64,000 bases of DNA, from positions 608,001 through 672,000 of the forward strand of contig CAVXKA010000002.1 in the NCBI GenBank assembly GCA_963762255.1, given 5' to 3'. A model generated the notes under the pieces. It saw only the letters and a list, made by a program, of their open reading frames with translations. It did no database searches and was not told the origin of the DNA. Origin of the DNA: Candidatus Eiseniibacteriota bacterium. GTDB taxonomy: Bacteria; Eisenbacteria; RBG-16-71-46; JABDJR01. Each line of letters begins with the position of its first letter. The stretch's first letter is position 1. The position numbers and the translations under genes were made by a program. Below are positions 51,101 through 59,793 of this stretch, piece after piece.

Positions 51101-53197
51101 GAGATCGGGATGGCCCGCACTGCCGAGCGCAAGCTGGAGGTGGCCCGGAAGATCCACGACATCGCCACGAAGGAGTACGGGATTCTGCCCGATGCGCTCA
51201 TCTTCGACGCCCTGACATTCACGCTGGCCACCGGCGACCCTGAGAGCGCCAACACGGCCGTGGAGACGCTGGAGGGAATCCGGCGGATCAAGGCCGCACT
51301 TCCCGGCGTGATGACATCCCTCGGGGTGTCGAACGTCTCCTATGGATTCAAGCCGGCGGCGCGCCGGGTGCTGAACAGCGTCTTCCTCTACCACGCGGTG
51401 GAGGCCGGGCTGGACATGGCCATCGTGAATCCCAAGCAGGTGACGCCGTACGCCGAGATCCCGGCCGCAGAGCGCGAGCTCGCCGAGGACCTTCTTCTCA
51501 ACCGGCGGCCGGATGCCACGGCCCGGTTCATCAGTTTCTACGAGGGGGCCAAGGCCAGGCAGGTGGAAACGGTCGATCCCACCGCCGGGCTGCCGCCGGC
51601 GGAGCGGTTGCACGCGCGCATCCTGCACCGCAAGCCGGAAGGGCTCGAAGCCGACGTGGACGCCCTTGTCGTGGCCGGCGTGCGCGAGAAGACCGGGGTG
51701 ACCGATTTCACGGCGGAGCCCGGCTATCACTTTCCCAATGCCGACACCTCGGCGGTGGCGGTGCAGGTTCTGAACCAGGTGATGCTGCCGGCTATGAAGG
51801 AGGTCGGCGACAAGTTCGGCTCCGGCGAGTTGATCCTCCCCTTCGTGCTCCAGTCGGCCGAAGTGATGAAGAAGGCGGTGGGACAGCTCGAGAAGTATCT
51901 GGAGAGGGCCGAGGGGGTCAGCAAGGGGAAGGTCGTCCTGGCCACGGTCTACGGTGACGTCCACGACATCGGCAAGAACCTGATCAAGACGATTCTGGCC
52001 AACAATGGCTACAGCGTGTACGACCTGGGCAAGCAAGTGCCGGTGAACGTGATCGTAGACCAGGCGGTGGAGCTCAAGGCCGACGCCATCGGGCTGTCGG
52101 CGCTGCTCGTGTCCACCTCGCGGCAGATGCCGCTCGTGGTCCGCGAGCTGGACCGGCGCGGATTGTCCATGCCGGTGCTGGTGGGAGGTGCGGCCATCAA
52201 CCGCCGCTTCGGCCGGGAGATCGCGCACGTGGAGGAGGATCGCCCCTACGCCGGCGGCGTGCTCTACTGCCGCGATGCGTTCGAGGGGCTGGAGACGATC
52301 GATCGGCTGGCCGATCCAGCCGCGCGCAAAGAGCTGCTGGCAGGCGAGCGTCGAGCGGCACAGGAGCAGCGGAAGCCGGCGGCGGCTGGGGGGGCCTCCG
52401 CGCAGGAAGACTCCGCCCGGTCGTTGGTGACGCCTCGACCCGAGGACGTCCCCACGCCGCCGTTCTGGGGGTCCCGCACGGTGGCCGAGCTGCCGATCGA
52501 GGAGGTCTTCTCCCGTCTCGACGAGAACAGGCTCTTCAAGATGTCCTGGGGGGCAAAGAGCAAGCTCGATGCGGAGTCGGAAGGACTGCGCGGGGAATTC
52601 GGCGCGCGCTTGGTGCGGATGAAACGCGCGGCGATCGAGGAACGGTGGTTTGCGCCTCAAGCGGTCTACGGCTACTTCCCTGCCCAAGCTGACGGCAACG
52701 ACCTGCTCATCCTCGACCCCGCCGACCATCACCAGGTGCTGGCCCGCTTCTCGTTCCCGCGGCAGAAGGGACCGGAACGTTTCTGCCTGGCGGACTACTT
52801 CCTGCCGGTCGGCTCGGCGAGGGCTGACGTTGCGGCGCTGCAGGTGGTGACCGTCGGCTCCGCGGCCACTGCGCGGTTCGACGCAATGGATGGCAAGGAC
52901 GAGTACAGCGAGGCCTATTACTTCCACGGGCTGGCCGTGCAGACCGCTCAGGCGGCCACGGACCTGCTATTCGAACGGATCCGGAAGGAGCTGGGCCTGC
53001 CGGATGGGCGCGGACGATCGTACGCGTGGGGCTTCGGTGCGTTGCCCGACGTGGAAGAGCATCGCAAGGTATTCCGCCTGCTCCCCGCGGAGCGGGACCT
53101 GGGGATGACCCTGACCTCGGCGGGGCAGATGGTGCCCGAGCAGTCCACGGCGATGCTGGTCGTGCATCACCCGGAGGCGCGGTACTTCAACGTGTAG
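48170..53197 (+). CDS. metH: Fusion of MetV-like Cys-rich domain, methylenetetrahydrofolate reductase (MetF) and cobalamin-dependent methionine synthase (MetH)
   Basis: CRMCGNC..CPMECPKGLRNGPCGG..C..C; MTHFR EVAPP, TDNP, RDRTR, LTGDHP, GAQFFQS; MetH DGAMGT, INCSTGP, GGCCGT, IGERLN, GVSNVSYG, GDVHDIGKN and activation domain ending HHPEARYF. Confidence 0.9.
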   Translation: MPGFTPGRRFQPAYLSFIRRPAAERLLALLERQTKGTLFGCRMCGNCLLQETAFICPMECPKGLRNGPCGGSTPEGCYVDPGRPCIWHHIFERADRMGRTDRLMEVLPPLDWARVGRETWGEVIDEVRRRGFGKALASFLAGREQRAAFWDPLFLGIRQPDWWQGDDAPHPALAHAPVSRLEEKLAAGRLVVTSEVAPPLSVAPEELTGTLRLLRDWIDAANFTDNPSATPRMSSLACSVLALAQGVEPVMQVAARDRTRMGLQAEILGAAALGIRNVLCLTGDHPVLGPSPQGRMDIWDIDSIQMLWILRRMRDARQYMDGRAIKNPPALFLGAAASPFSSTPRTQALRELKKVHAGAQFFQSNLIYDVEGFESYAEALDKAGVLGKTPFLAGITPVRSARAAHAMSKVPGVKIPPALIERLEKSRNPQEEGVQIALEIIDRVKRLPGISGFHIMAVGWELIVPRLVRESGLKEPPAPTGDPGISIRTPTRAPRASRPAERPPAEHTDRRYLDALTSKVLVFDGAMGTAIQMCNLTAADFGGEKTAGCNDYLVLQKPDVIEGIHASYLEAGCDVIETCTFRANRQTMAEYGLENRIPEMNRAAAVLARRAADSFSTAERPRFVAGSIGPTGMLPSSSDPELSAIAFEELADIFSEQAEALVEGGCDLLLIETSQDMLEVKAAIMGVQDAFARTGKRIPLQVQVTLDATGRMLLGTDAAAVLATLERMPVDVLGINCSTGPEHMRAPLAYLGENSSKPVSCLPNAGLPENVDGEAVYPLQPDGFAEEMADYVERFGLNAVGGCCGTTPEHIRMLVERLHGREPRPRTARPLSLVSSGITVADLVQNPRPMLIGERLNAQGSKKMKELLLAEDYGGIAAVAREQIDGGAHTLDICVAMTERRDESYLMSRVVRTLSQTVEAPLVIDTTEAEVLEAALQAAPGRIIVNAVNMENGRHRVDTMLPLIRDYGAATIALTIDEIGMARTAERKLEVARKIHDIATKEYGILPDALIFDALTFTLATGDPESANTAVETLEGIRRIKAALPGVMTSLGVSNVSYGFKPAARRVLNSVFLYHAVEAGLDMAIVNPKQVTPYAEIPAAERELAEDLLLNRRPDATARFISFYEGAKARQVETVDPTAGLPPAERLHARILHRKPEGLEADVDALVVAGVREKTGVTDFTAEPGYHFPNADTSAVAVQVLNQVMLPAMKEVGDKFGSGELILPFVLQSAEVMKKAVGQLEKYLERAEGVSKGKVVLATVYGDVHDIGKNLIKTILANNGYSVYDLGKQVPVNVIVDQAVELKADAIGLSALLVSTSRQMPLVVRELDRRGLSMPVLVGGAAINRRFGREIAHVEEDRPYAGGVLYCRDAFEGLETIDRLADPAARKELLAGERRAAQEQRKPAAAGGASAQEDSARSLVTPRPEDVPTPPFWGSRTVAELPIEEVFSRLDENRLFKMSWGAKSKLDAESEGLRGEFGARLVRMKRAAIEERWFAPQAVYGYFPAQADGNDLLILDPADHHQVLARFSFPRQKGPERFCLADYFLPVGSARADVAALQVVTVGSAATARFDAMDGKDEYSEAYYFHGLAVQTAQAATDLLFERIRKELGLPDGRGRSYAWGFGALPDVEEHRKVFRLLPAERDLGMTLTSAGQMVPEQSTAMLVVHHPEARYFNV

Positions 53198-53528
53198 GTT
53201 TGCCACCCCGGTAGAATCGAATCTGCACCCGCTCCATAGTGGCGAGCCCTTCGTTGACGGCCTCATCCACTAGCGGCAGGAATGCTTCGATCTTCTCGAG
53301 CGTGTCCACGATCTCCACGATGATCGGAAGATCCACCGAGAGTCTCAGGATCTTGGCTGTGTGAAGGCGGCTGTGGGCCCCGAAGCCCTCGGTGCCGCGC
53401 AGCACCGTCGCGCCGGCGAGACCGTGCTCGCGAGCCTTGAGCACCAGCCACTGATAGAGCGGTTTCCCATCGTGCTTGTCGGACTCTCCGATGAAGATGC
53501 GCAGCAGGTGCCCCTCTTCAGGAAGCAT
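53187..53528 (-). CDS. DUF190 (PII-like) protein
   Basis: LLRIFIGESDK, GLAGATVLRG..GFG and LSVDLPIIVEIVD motifs; usual crcB partner. Confidence 0.9.
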   Translation of the reverse strand: MLPEEGHLLRIFIGESDKHDGKPLYQWLVLKAREHGLAGATVLRGTEGFGAHSRLHTAKILRLSVDLPIIVEIVDTLEKIEAFLPLVDEAVNEGLATMERVQIRFYRGGKPTR

Positions 53529-53532
53529 CGTC

Positions 53533-53919
53533 TCACCTCCCCGGCAGGAGTTGCGTCAACGCGGCCCCCGCCCACACGGCGCCGATCCCAAGAACCACCT
53601 GGAGTACGACCGAACTGGCGAGCGCCAGCATCTGACCGTCTCGAATCAGTTGGAAGGATTCATACCCGAACGTGGAGAACGTGCTGAACCCTCCCAGGAA
53701 ACCGATGAACAAGAATACCCGGGTTCCCCCACCGATGACACCCCGCGCCTCGGACAGGGTCGCCAGGAACCCGATCGCAAGACACGCTGCGACGTTGATG
53801 ACGAGCGTCTCGTATGGGAAACTGGCGCCCTGTTTCACTCGGTTGATGAGCCCACCGACGCCGAATCGCAGCATCGCGCCGAGGAACCCGCCGAGTCCGG
53901 CCAAGAGATAGAGTTCCAT
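53533..53919 (-). CDS. crcB: Fluoride efflux channel CrcB/Fluc
   Basis: Start reassigned to MELYLL (GGAGG RBS); GGFLGAMLRF, FPYETLVIN and GFLGGFSTFSTF motifs. Confidence 0.9.
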   Translation of the reverse strand: MELYLLAGLGGFLGAMLRFGVGGLINRVKQGASFPYETLVINVAACLAIGFLATLSEARGVIGGGTRVFLFIGFLGGFSTFSTFGYESFQLIRDGQMLALASSVVLQVVLGIGAVWAGAALTQLLPGR

Positions 53920-54005
53920 CCAGATCACCCTCCGAAACCGGCGTCGCCCGGCCGTTGCAGTCTCGGGTTGCGGGTCCGGTGCTTCGTCCGAGTCAACGAT
54001 CATCT

Positions 54006-54185
54006 TCACGATACGGACCCCGTTCCTTGAATAACTAGCGGGTTCAGCAGGGTCGACTTGCCGCGCTTGGATTGGCCGACGAGGGCAACATGGAAGAGCC
54101 CCGCAGTGAGGCGGTCGGCCAACGATCGGGCATCCTCTGCGAGGCGCAGGATCCGCAGTCTAGCATCCGGGGGGAGGCCGGACAA
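54006..54185 (-). pseudogene. N-terminal relic of a bacterial dynamin-like GTPase
   Basis: Translated by hand: ...AEDARSLADRLTAGLFHVALVGQSKRGKSTLLNPLVIQGTGSVS*, matching the G1 region (VVGQFKRGKSTLxNAL) of dynamin-family proteins, then a stop. Confidence 0.6.
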
Positions 54186-54269
54186 CGCATGGAAAAGGGT
54201 ACCTTGACCTCGCGGCCGACTTGGTCAGTAATAGGGTGATCTATCAGCCGCGTATCGACGGGAGACCGC

Positions 54270-55844
54270 ATGTCCAACGAGCCCAAGAAGAGTCCGCTGA
54301 AGGAGATCACCCAGCCGTTCGTGGACGTATGGCACGCTCCGCGGGCTCTGTGGGGCGTGAACCTCGGCTACACGCTCGAGGGGTTGGCCTACTTCGGCGT
54401 GCTGGGCTACCTCACCATCTACTTCTCGCAGCAGGTCTTCGCCGGGGTGCCGAACCCCGATACCTATGCCCACAACATGGTGGCGGTGCTGACCGGCGGG
54501 ATCACCATCTCCATGCTGTTCCTGGGCTTCGTGCCCGACAAAGTGGGCGTGCGCCGGACGCTCATCTGGTCGTTTGTCCTGCTGGTCATCGGACGGGTGC
54601 TGATCGCCGCCGCGCCGACGCTGCTCCACCTGCGCGCGGGTCTCTGGTCGCCACTCCACCTGACCACGATGCTGGGCATCATCATCATCGTCATCGGTTA
54701 CGGCGTCTACCAACCCGCGGCCTACGCAGCAGTGCGGCAGTTCACGAGCCCCAGGAATTCGGGCATGGCCTTCGCCATGCTGTATGCGCTCATGAACCTG
54801 GGCGGATGGTTCCCGACATTCGCCTTCCTTTTGCGCGACACCGCGGGAATGGGCATCACCGGGACCTTCTGGGTCTATGCCGCGATCACCGTGCTGGGAC
54901 TGATCTCGACCGTGCTCCTGCTGACCTCCGACACGGTGCGGAAGGCCATCGCCGGAGCCAAGGCCGACACCGCCCGCGAGCAGGCGGCGGAGTCCAAACC
55001 GGCGGATGAGAAGAAGCCGGAGGCGCCGGCGAAGGGCGTCACGGGGCGCTATCCCCCGGTGCAGATGTGGCTCCTCATGGCCATGTGCGCTGCCGCGCTC
55101 TGGTGGAAGGTGCCCGCCGGCCCCCCGCTGGCCGGCCTGCCGCTCAACATCGCGATCGCGCTGCTCGCGGCCGTGGTCTGGGTCGCTCTCGCGCTGGTGC
55201 CGGCGACCGGCCGCTACCTGGCGCGGCACCCGTTGGCCGACCGCAAGTTCTTCTTCTTCATCTTCGCCCTGATCCCGGTACAAACGCTGTTCACCTACAA
55301 CTGGCTCGTGCTGCCGGAGTACATCAATCGTGCCTACACCGGCTGGGTCGGCCGGTACTTCGAGGTCGCCTCCAACTTCAATCCTATCCTGATCTTCGTC
55401 CTCACGCCGATCATCGCCGCGCTGACGATGAGGAAGAAGGTCTACAACGTGATGATCTGGGGCACCTTCATCATGGCGGCTCCGGCTTTCCTGCTGGCCA
55501 TCGGGACCTACTGGTGGACCCTGTACCTCTACCTCATCGTCATGACGGTCGGCGAGGCCATGTGGTCGCCGCGCTTTCTGCAGTATGCGGCGGAGATCGC
55601 GCCTGAAGGGCGGACCGGGGAGTACATGGGCGTGGCTCAGCTACCCTGGTTCCTGACCAAGGTGCTGGTGCCGCTGCTCTACTCCGGGTACATGATGGAC
55701 CGTTACTGCCCGGCGCCCGAGACGGGCAGGGCCGCCAACACCCAGCCCATGTGGCTCATCTTCGGGATCATCGCGATGGGCTCGACCGTCTTGCTGCTGC
55801 TGGCGAAGAACTGGGCGGGGAAGGACTTCAAGGCGCAGGCGTAG
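54270..55844 (+). CDS. MFS transporter (peptide/POT-like)
   Basis: EGLAYFG, DKVGVRR, MLYALMNLGG, GEAMWSPR and APEGRTGEYMG motifs; more than 12 TM segments. Confidence 0.85.
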   Translation: MSNEPKKSPLKEITQPFVDVWHAPRALWGVNLGYTLEGLAYFGVLGYLTIYFSQQVFAGVPNPDTYAHNMVAVLTGGITISMLFLGFVPDKVGVRRTLIWSFVLLVIGRVLIAAAPTLLHLRAGLWSPLHLTTMLGIIIIVIGYGVYQPAAYAAVRQFTSPRNSGMAFAMLYALMNLGGWFPTFAFLLRDTAGMGITGTFWVYAAITVLGLISTVLLLTSDTVRKAIAGAKADTAREQAAESKPADEKKPEAPAKGVTGRYPPVQMWLLMAMCAAALWWKVPAGPPLAGLPLNIAIALLAAVVWVALALVPATGRYLARHPLADRKFFFFIFALIPVQTLFTYNWLVLPEYINRAYTGWVGRYFEVASNFNPILIFVLTPIIAALTMRKKVYNVMIWGTFIMAAPAFLLAIGTYWWTLYLYLIVMTVGEAMWSPRFLQYAAEIAPEGRTGEYMGVAQLPWFLTKVLVPLLYSGYMMDRYCPAPETGRAANTQPMWLIFGIIAMGSTVLLLLAKNWAGKDFKAQA

Positions 55845-55898
55845 CGAGGGACCCACCGCCTCTCGTGCTTCCCCTCGTCACGCCCCTCTCCCGCTTCC

Positions 55899-57834
55899 TC
55901 AGCGGAAGAACTGGATGTAGAGGTACGGATAACCGCTGTCCCAGTTCGTCGAGACATAGTCGTAATCGTAACTTGTACCGTAATCCGGGTGATGCGAGAT
56001 ACTGCGGGTCATGCTGACGAACACGTTTCTCGCGTTGCTGCCTTGCATGCCGAAATCAAATCCGTCGTATGGGACCAGGTTGTAGTCCTCGTCGTGCGGG
56101 AGGTTCTTGAGCTTCAACTGCGTGGTCTCTATGTGCCAGCCGCCCTGGAAGGACCTCATGACGTAGGTATCTACCGCCGTCACCATGCGGCCGTCCGCGC
56201 TGACACTGCCGGTGATCGTGAAGATGTGGTGGTCGTCCTGCTCATTGGTCGAGTCGAGCGTGAAGGAGAAGTTTCTCCCGCTCCACGACAGCGGCGCGAG
56301 CCCGATGCTCGGTTCCGGATTGTAGTAGCCGGCATCGATCAACTCGTCCCGCGTCGCGCCGGTGTAAACATTGGTCGCCGAGAACCAGACGACCACCGCC
56401 CGCGTTGCGAGCAACTGCTGCAGGAAGCTGGTGTCAGCTACCGTGTACTCCTCCGACCGTACGAACATCCCGCCGATACGGTACTCCGCGACGACGATGT
56501 CCCCGTTCTTGAGCGTAAGCCCTTCGACGGTGAACCCCCCGTCGCTGCGCAGCGTCCCCTGTCCGACCGCCTTGTTGGCCACGTAGATGAACACCCGGCC
56601 CGCCACCGTCGACACCAGAGGAATACTCCGCATCGGCGTTCAGGGACACCGAGCCTTCCACCTTCCCATCCTCCTTGGCGGAGGAGATGGATACCTCGAG
56701 CTTTGGAATGAAGAGCCGGATGACGTTCGCCCCGGCCTCGATGATGTTGGGGATCAGCACCGCGCTCTGCGACTCGACGCACTCCGCGTCCATGTAAGGA
56801 TAGGTGCGCTGCAGGAAAAACCCCTCGTCCTTGCACATCACCACGGTCTGCCCCCCCGGGAAGGCCTTCGTGAACTTGTACGTGCCGGGGTTGTAGGTCA
56901 GCTGCTCCAGTTTCGGAGACGCGTAGGGCGAGGACGGCCGGATGATCTGCTGGTACGTGGACGCCCCGGTGCCGCTGATGGTCTGGGCCGTGAAGAAGTT
57001 GCTGTTGGTGAAGCGCGCGAGTTCTTCAAAGATCACGTCCGCCCGGTCCGCCGCGCGCACCGCGGTTTTGAGCGCCGGGTCCGCCGCTCCCGCTGCGTAC
57101 TCTGTGACGTAGGACGGCTTGACCAGTTCCTCGTACGGATCGGGGTCGCCGAGCGCGATGCGGTACGTCCAGCCGACCGGGGCGGCATGACTGTCGTTGC
57201 GCACGTGCGGAGGACACCCCATGTCGGCCACGAGATGCAGCGTCTCGCCAAGACAGCGCCACGCCCGCGCCATGTGCTGGTCGCGCTTCGTCTCGTCCGC
57301 CTCCGCCAGCGCCTTGCGCATCCACTCCTTCCCCTTGTCCCACGTCCATGTGTTCCCGCTGTTATGCAGCGCCCAATCCTTCGCGTCGATATGTGGGTTG
57401 AGGAGGTTGTTGTTGATGATGAACTCCCAGTACGTGCCGCGATCGGAGAGGTACTTCTTCCCGCCGTCGATGCCCAGCGGATCGTAGAAATGCCGCAGCG
57501 CGGCGGGAACCTCCGGCTCGTCGGCCGAATAGCCGCCGTGCGAGATCCACTGCTTCGGCGTCTTCGTCACCATCGATTCGCCCGTCGTGGAGGCGAAGTA
57601 CCCGGGATTCGTCACCGCGGGTCCCTCGAACACCGAACTGCCGTCGAAGACGAAGACGTAGTGCTTGAAGGTATCCGGACTGCCGAGCCCGGTGACGAAA
57701 CGGTCGACGAAGGCGTCGACGATCGGTTCGTTGATGGCGGGATGCATGTCCTTGTTGCCGTAGCCCGAGACCATCAACGAGAGGGCGAGGCAACTGAGGG
57801 CGCCGGCGAGCCAGGAGAGGATTCTGCGTATCAT
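55899..57834 (-). pseudogene. Secreted Zn-dependent phospholipase C/P1 nuclease-like protein with beta-rich C-terminal region, +1 frameshift near 56600-56630
   Basis: Signal peptide then Y..H; ADEP, RHFYDP, LGETLHLVADMGCPPHV and DPYE metal-ligand pattern. Coding-like sequence moves from ORF 56434-57834 into ORF 55899-56633. Confidence 0.65.
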
Positions 57835-57844
57835 GGCGTCCTCC

Positions 57845-58240
57845 TCAGAACCGCACGAGCTTCCACACGCCGTCGTCCTGCGCGGCGAGTGCGAAGCTCA
57901 TGGTGCGGCCGCCCGCGGTATAGCGGTACTCGGCGTAGCATTCGGTATAGACGTCGAGTTGCCGCGTGTCGATCGCGTCGGCGAATTCCGGCATCCGGGC
58001 GGTCAGGGACTCGAGGTCGGCGTCGCAGATGCCCAGCGCTTCCTCGGTCATCACCGCGCGGACGGCCGCGGGATCGCCACCGCGGAACGCGTCTTCCACC
58101 GCCTGCGCGGCCTCGTGGATCTTCTCGACGTCGACCGTCGGATCCGGATCGGCGATTCGATCCCTCTCCCCGCAGTTGACGAGAAGCAGCACCCCCGCGA
58201 CCGTAATAAATCCTGCGATGAACGCTCTGAGCGCTGGCAT
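57845..58240 (-). CDS. Small lipoprotein (NTF2-like fold pattern)
   Basis: Start MPALRA after AGGAGG; lipobox LVNC; C-terminal FALAAQDDGVWKLVRF. Confidence 0.7.
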   Translation of the reverse strand: MPALRAFIAGFITVAGVLLLVNCGERDRIADPDPTVDVEKIHEAAQAVEDAFRGGDPAAVRAVMTEEALGICDADLESLTARMPEFADAIDTRQLDVYTECYAEYRYTAGGRTMSFALAAQDDGVWKLVRF

Positions 58241-58467
58241 GCTCTCCTCCTTCTTGGTGGGAGAGAAGGAAACGGCCTGGGAGCATGGGGATACTCCTGC
58301 CGGCGAAAGTACCACCGCCGGGCCGCATAATCAACGGCTAGGTCGGCGGCCTTCGAGGGCGTGGGCCTCACCTTGAACCCCACCGGACGGGGCTCGTCGG
58401 ACCGAGGCGAGGGGTGATATCGTGCGGGACACGCTTCCGTCACGGTGGAAACCATAGCGAGGTGAAT

Positions 58468-59481
58468 ATGCGCCGCTCGGCGCTCCTGCTTCTGGTGATC
58501 TTGCTTCTCGTCGCGTCCCCCTCGATGCCGGCGAGCCCACCGAATTCCTCCGACCGCCCCTTCCCGCTCCTGGCCGGAGATCCCGCGCCAGCGCTCGCGG
58601 TGAGCGCCTGGATAAAGGGCGATCCCGTGCCGCGCTTCGAGCCCGGTCGCGTCTACCTATTGGACTTCTGGGCCACCTGGTGCGGGCCCTGCGTAGCCGG
58701 CTTTCCGCACCTATCGGAGATCCAGGCTCGGCACCGTGACCGGGTGACCGTGATCGCGGTGAACGTGCTCGAGATGCAGCCGCAGTTGGTACCGGCCTTC
58801 GTGGAGAAGCAGGGGGAGAGGATGGCGTTTGCGGTGGCCACCGACTCCATTCCGGCGGGGAAGGAGGCGATGGCGGGGCTCGCGTTCACGGGATGGCTCT
58901 ACGACTCGGGGACCGATGCCATCCCCGCCGAGTTCATCGTGGACGGAGGCGGAAGGGTGGCGTGGATCGGGTTCTCGTCCGAGGCGGACAGCGTGCTGGA
59001 GGCGGTCATCGTCGGCACCTGGGACACCGACGCCTTCGCGGCGGCGTACCGGGAGAGAAAGGTGAAGGAGGCGCCCGGCTTCCGCTTCCGCCGGGAGCTC
59101 GATGCCGCCCAGGAAGACCAGGAGTGGCCCCGAATCTGGAGCCTCTCGGAAGGGTACTCGGCCGCGGACTCCGTAAGCGAGCGGAGGGAGAATCTCCACG
59201 CGGTCTGGAGCGCGCTCGGAGTCGCCGCGGCAACGATCCTCGAAGGAAACGAGACCGTCCCCGTTGACCTGGAGTGGGCGCGCCGGTTCGCGGAGCGGGC
59301 CGACAGCCTGCGCGCCGGAAATCCCTGGGCACTGTCTGTTCGGGCCCGGGTGGAGGCGCGGGCGGGACACGCGGAGATCGCCGCCGCCCTCCTCAGGCGC
59401 GCGATCGAGCTTTCCCCCGAGGCATGGAAGCCGCGCTACCAGAAGCTGCTCGAGCGGGTGGAGGCGGGCGAGCGGCCGTGA
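58468..59481 (+). CDS. TlpA-like thioredoxin/redoxin with C-terminal TPR
   Basis: Signal peptide; GDPAP, DFWATWCGPC, IP..FIVD..GRVAWIG; helical TPR tail. Confidence 0.88.
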   Translation: MRRSALLLLVILLLVASPSMPASPPNSSDRPFPLLAGDPAPALAVSAWIKGDPVPRFEPGRVYLLDFWATWCGPCVAGFPHLSEIQARHRDRVTVIAVNVLEMQPQLVPAFVEKQGERMAFAVATDSIPAGKEAMAGLAFTGWLYDSGTDAIPAEFIVDGGGRVAWIGFSSEADSVLEAVIVGTWDTDAFAAAYRERKVKEAPGFRFRRELDAAQEDQEWPRIWSLSEGYSAADSVSERRENLHAVWSALGVAAATILEGNETVPVDLEWARRFAERADSLRAGNPWALSVRARVEARAGHAEIAAALLRRAIELSPEAWKPRYQKLLERVEAGERP

Positions 59482-59793
59482 GCGCTGATCGGCTGCGTAC
59501 GATGGAAGCACGAGTGTTGCCGCCCCGCAGATTCCCGGTGCGCGCCGGGGTCGCGCGCAGAAGACTCGGCCCATTTCGCCCGCGCCGCGCGGGCCAACGA
59601 TCTCGAAGCGGCCGAGGCTGGTTCAGGGGGTGCGGCGTATCGGGCACATATACACGATCGCGCCACATCCTCGGAATGGCGTCTATCTCGATGTAGGATG
59701 CATACTATGATCGTCGTCGTCGGGCCAAGCTGCCTCGCTGCGAAGCTCATCATTCCCAGCACGGTGGTCGGGATCCACCCACGGAGGTGAGAC

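Noticed and set aside
53920-54060. Fluoride (crcB) riboswitch
   Set aside because: The GGNGAUGG...UGAUGAC core was not found on the minus strand.
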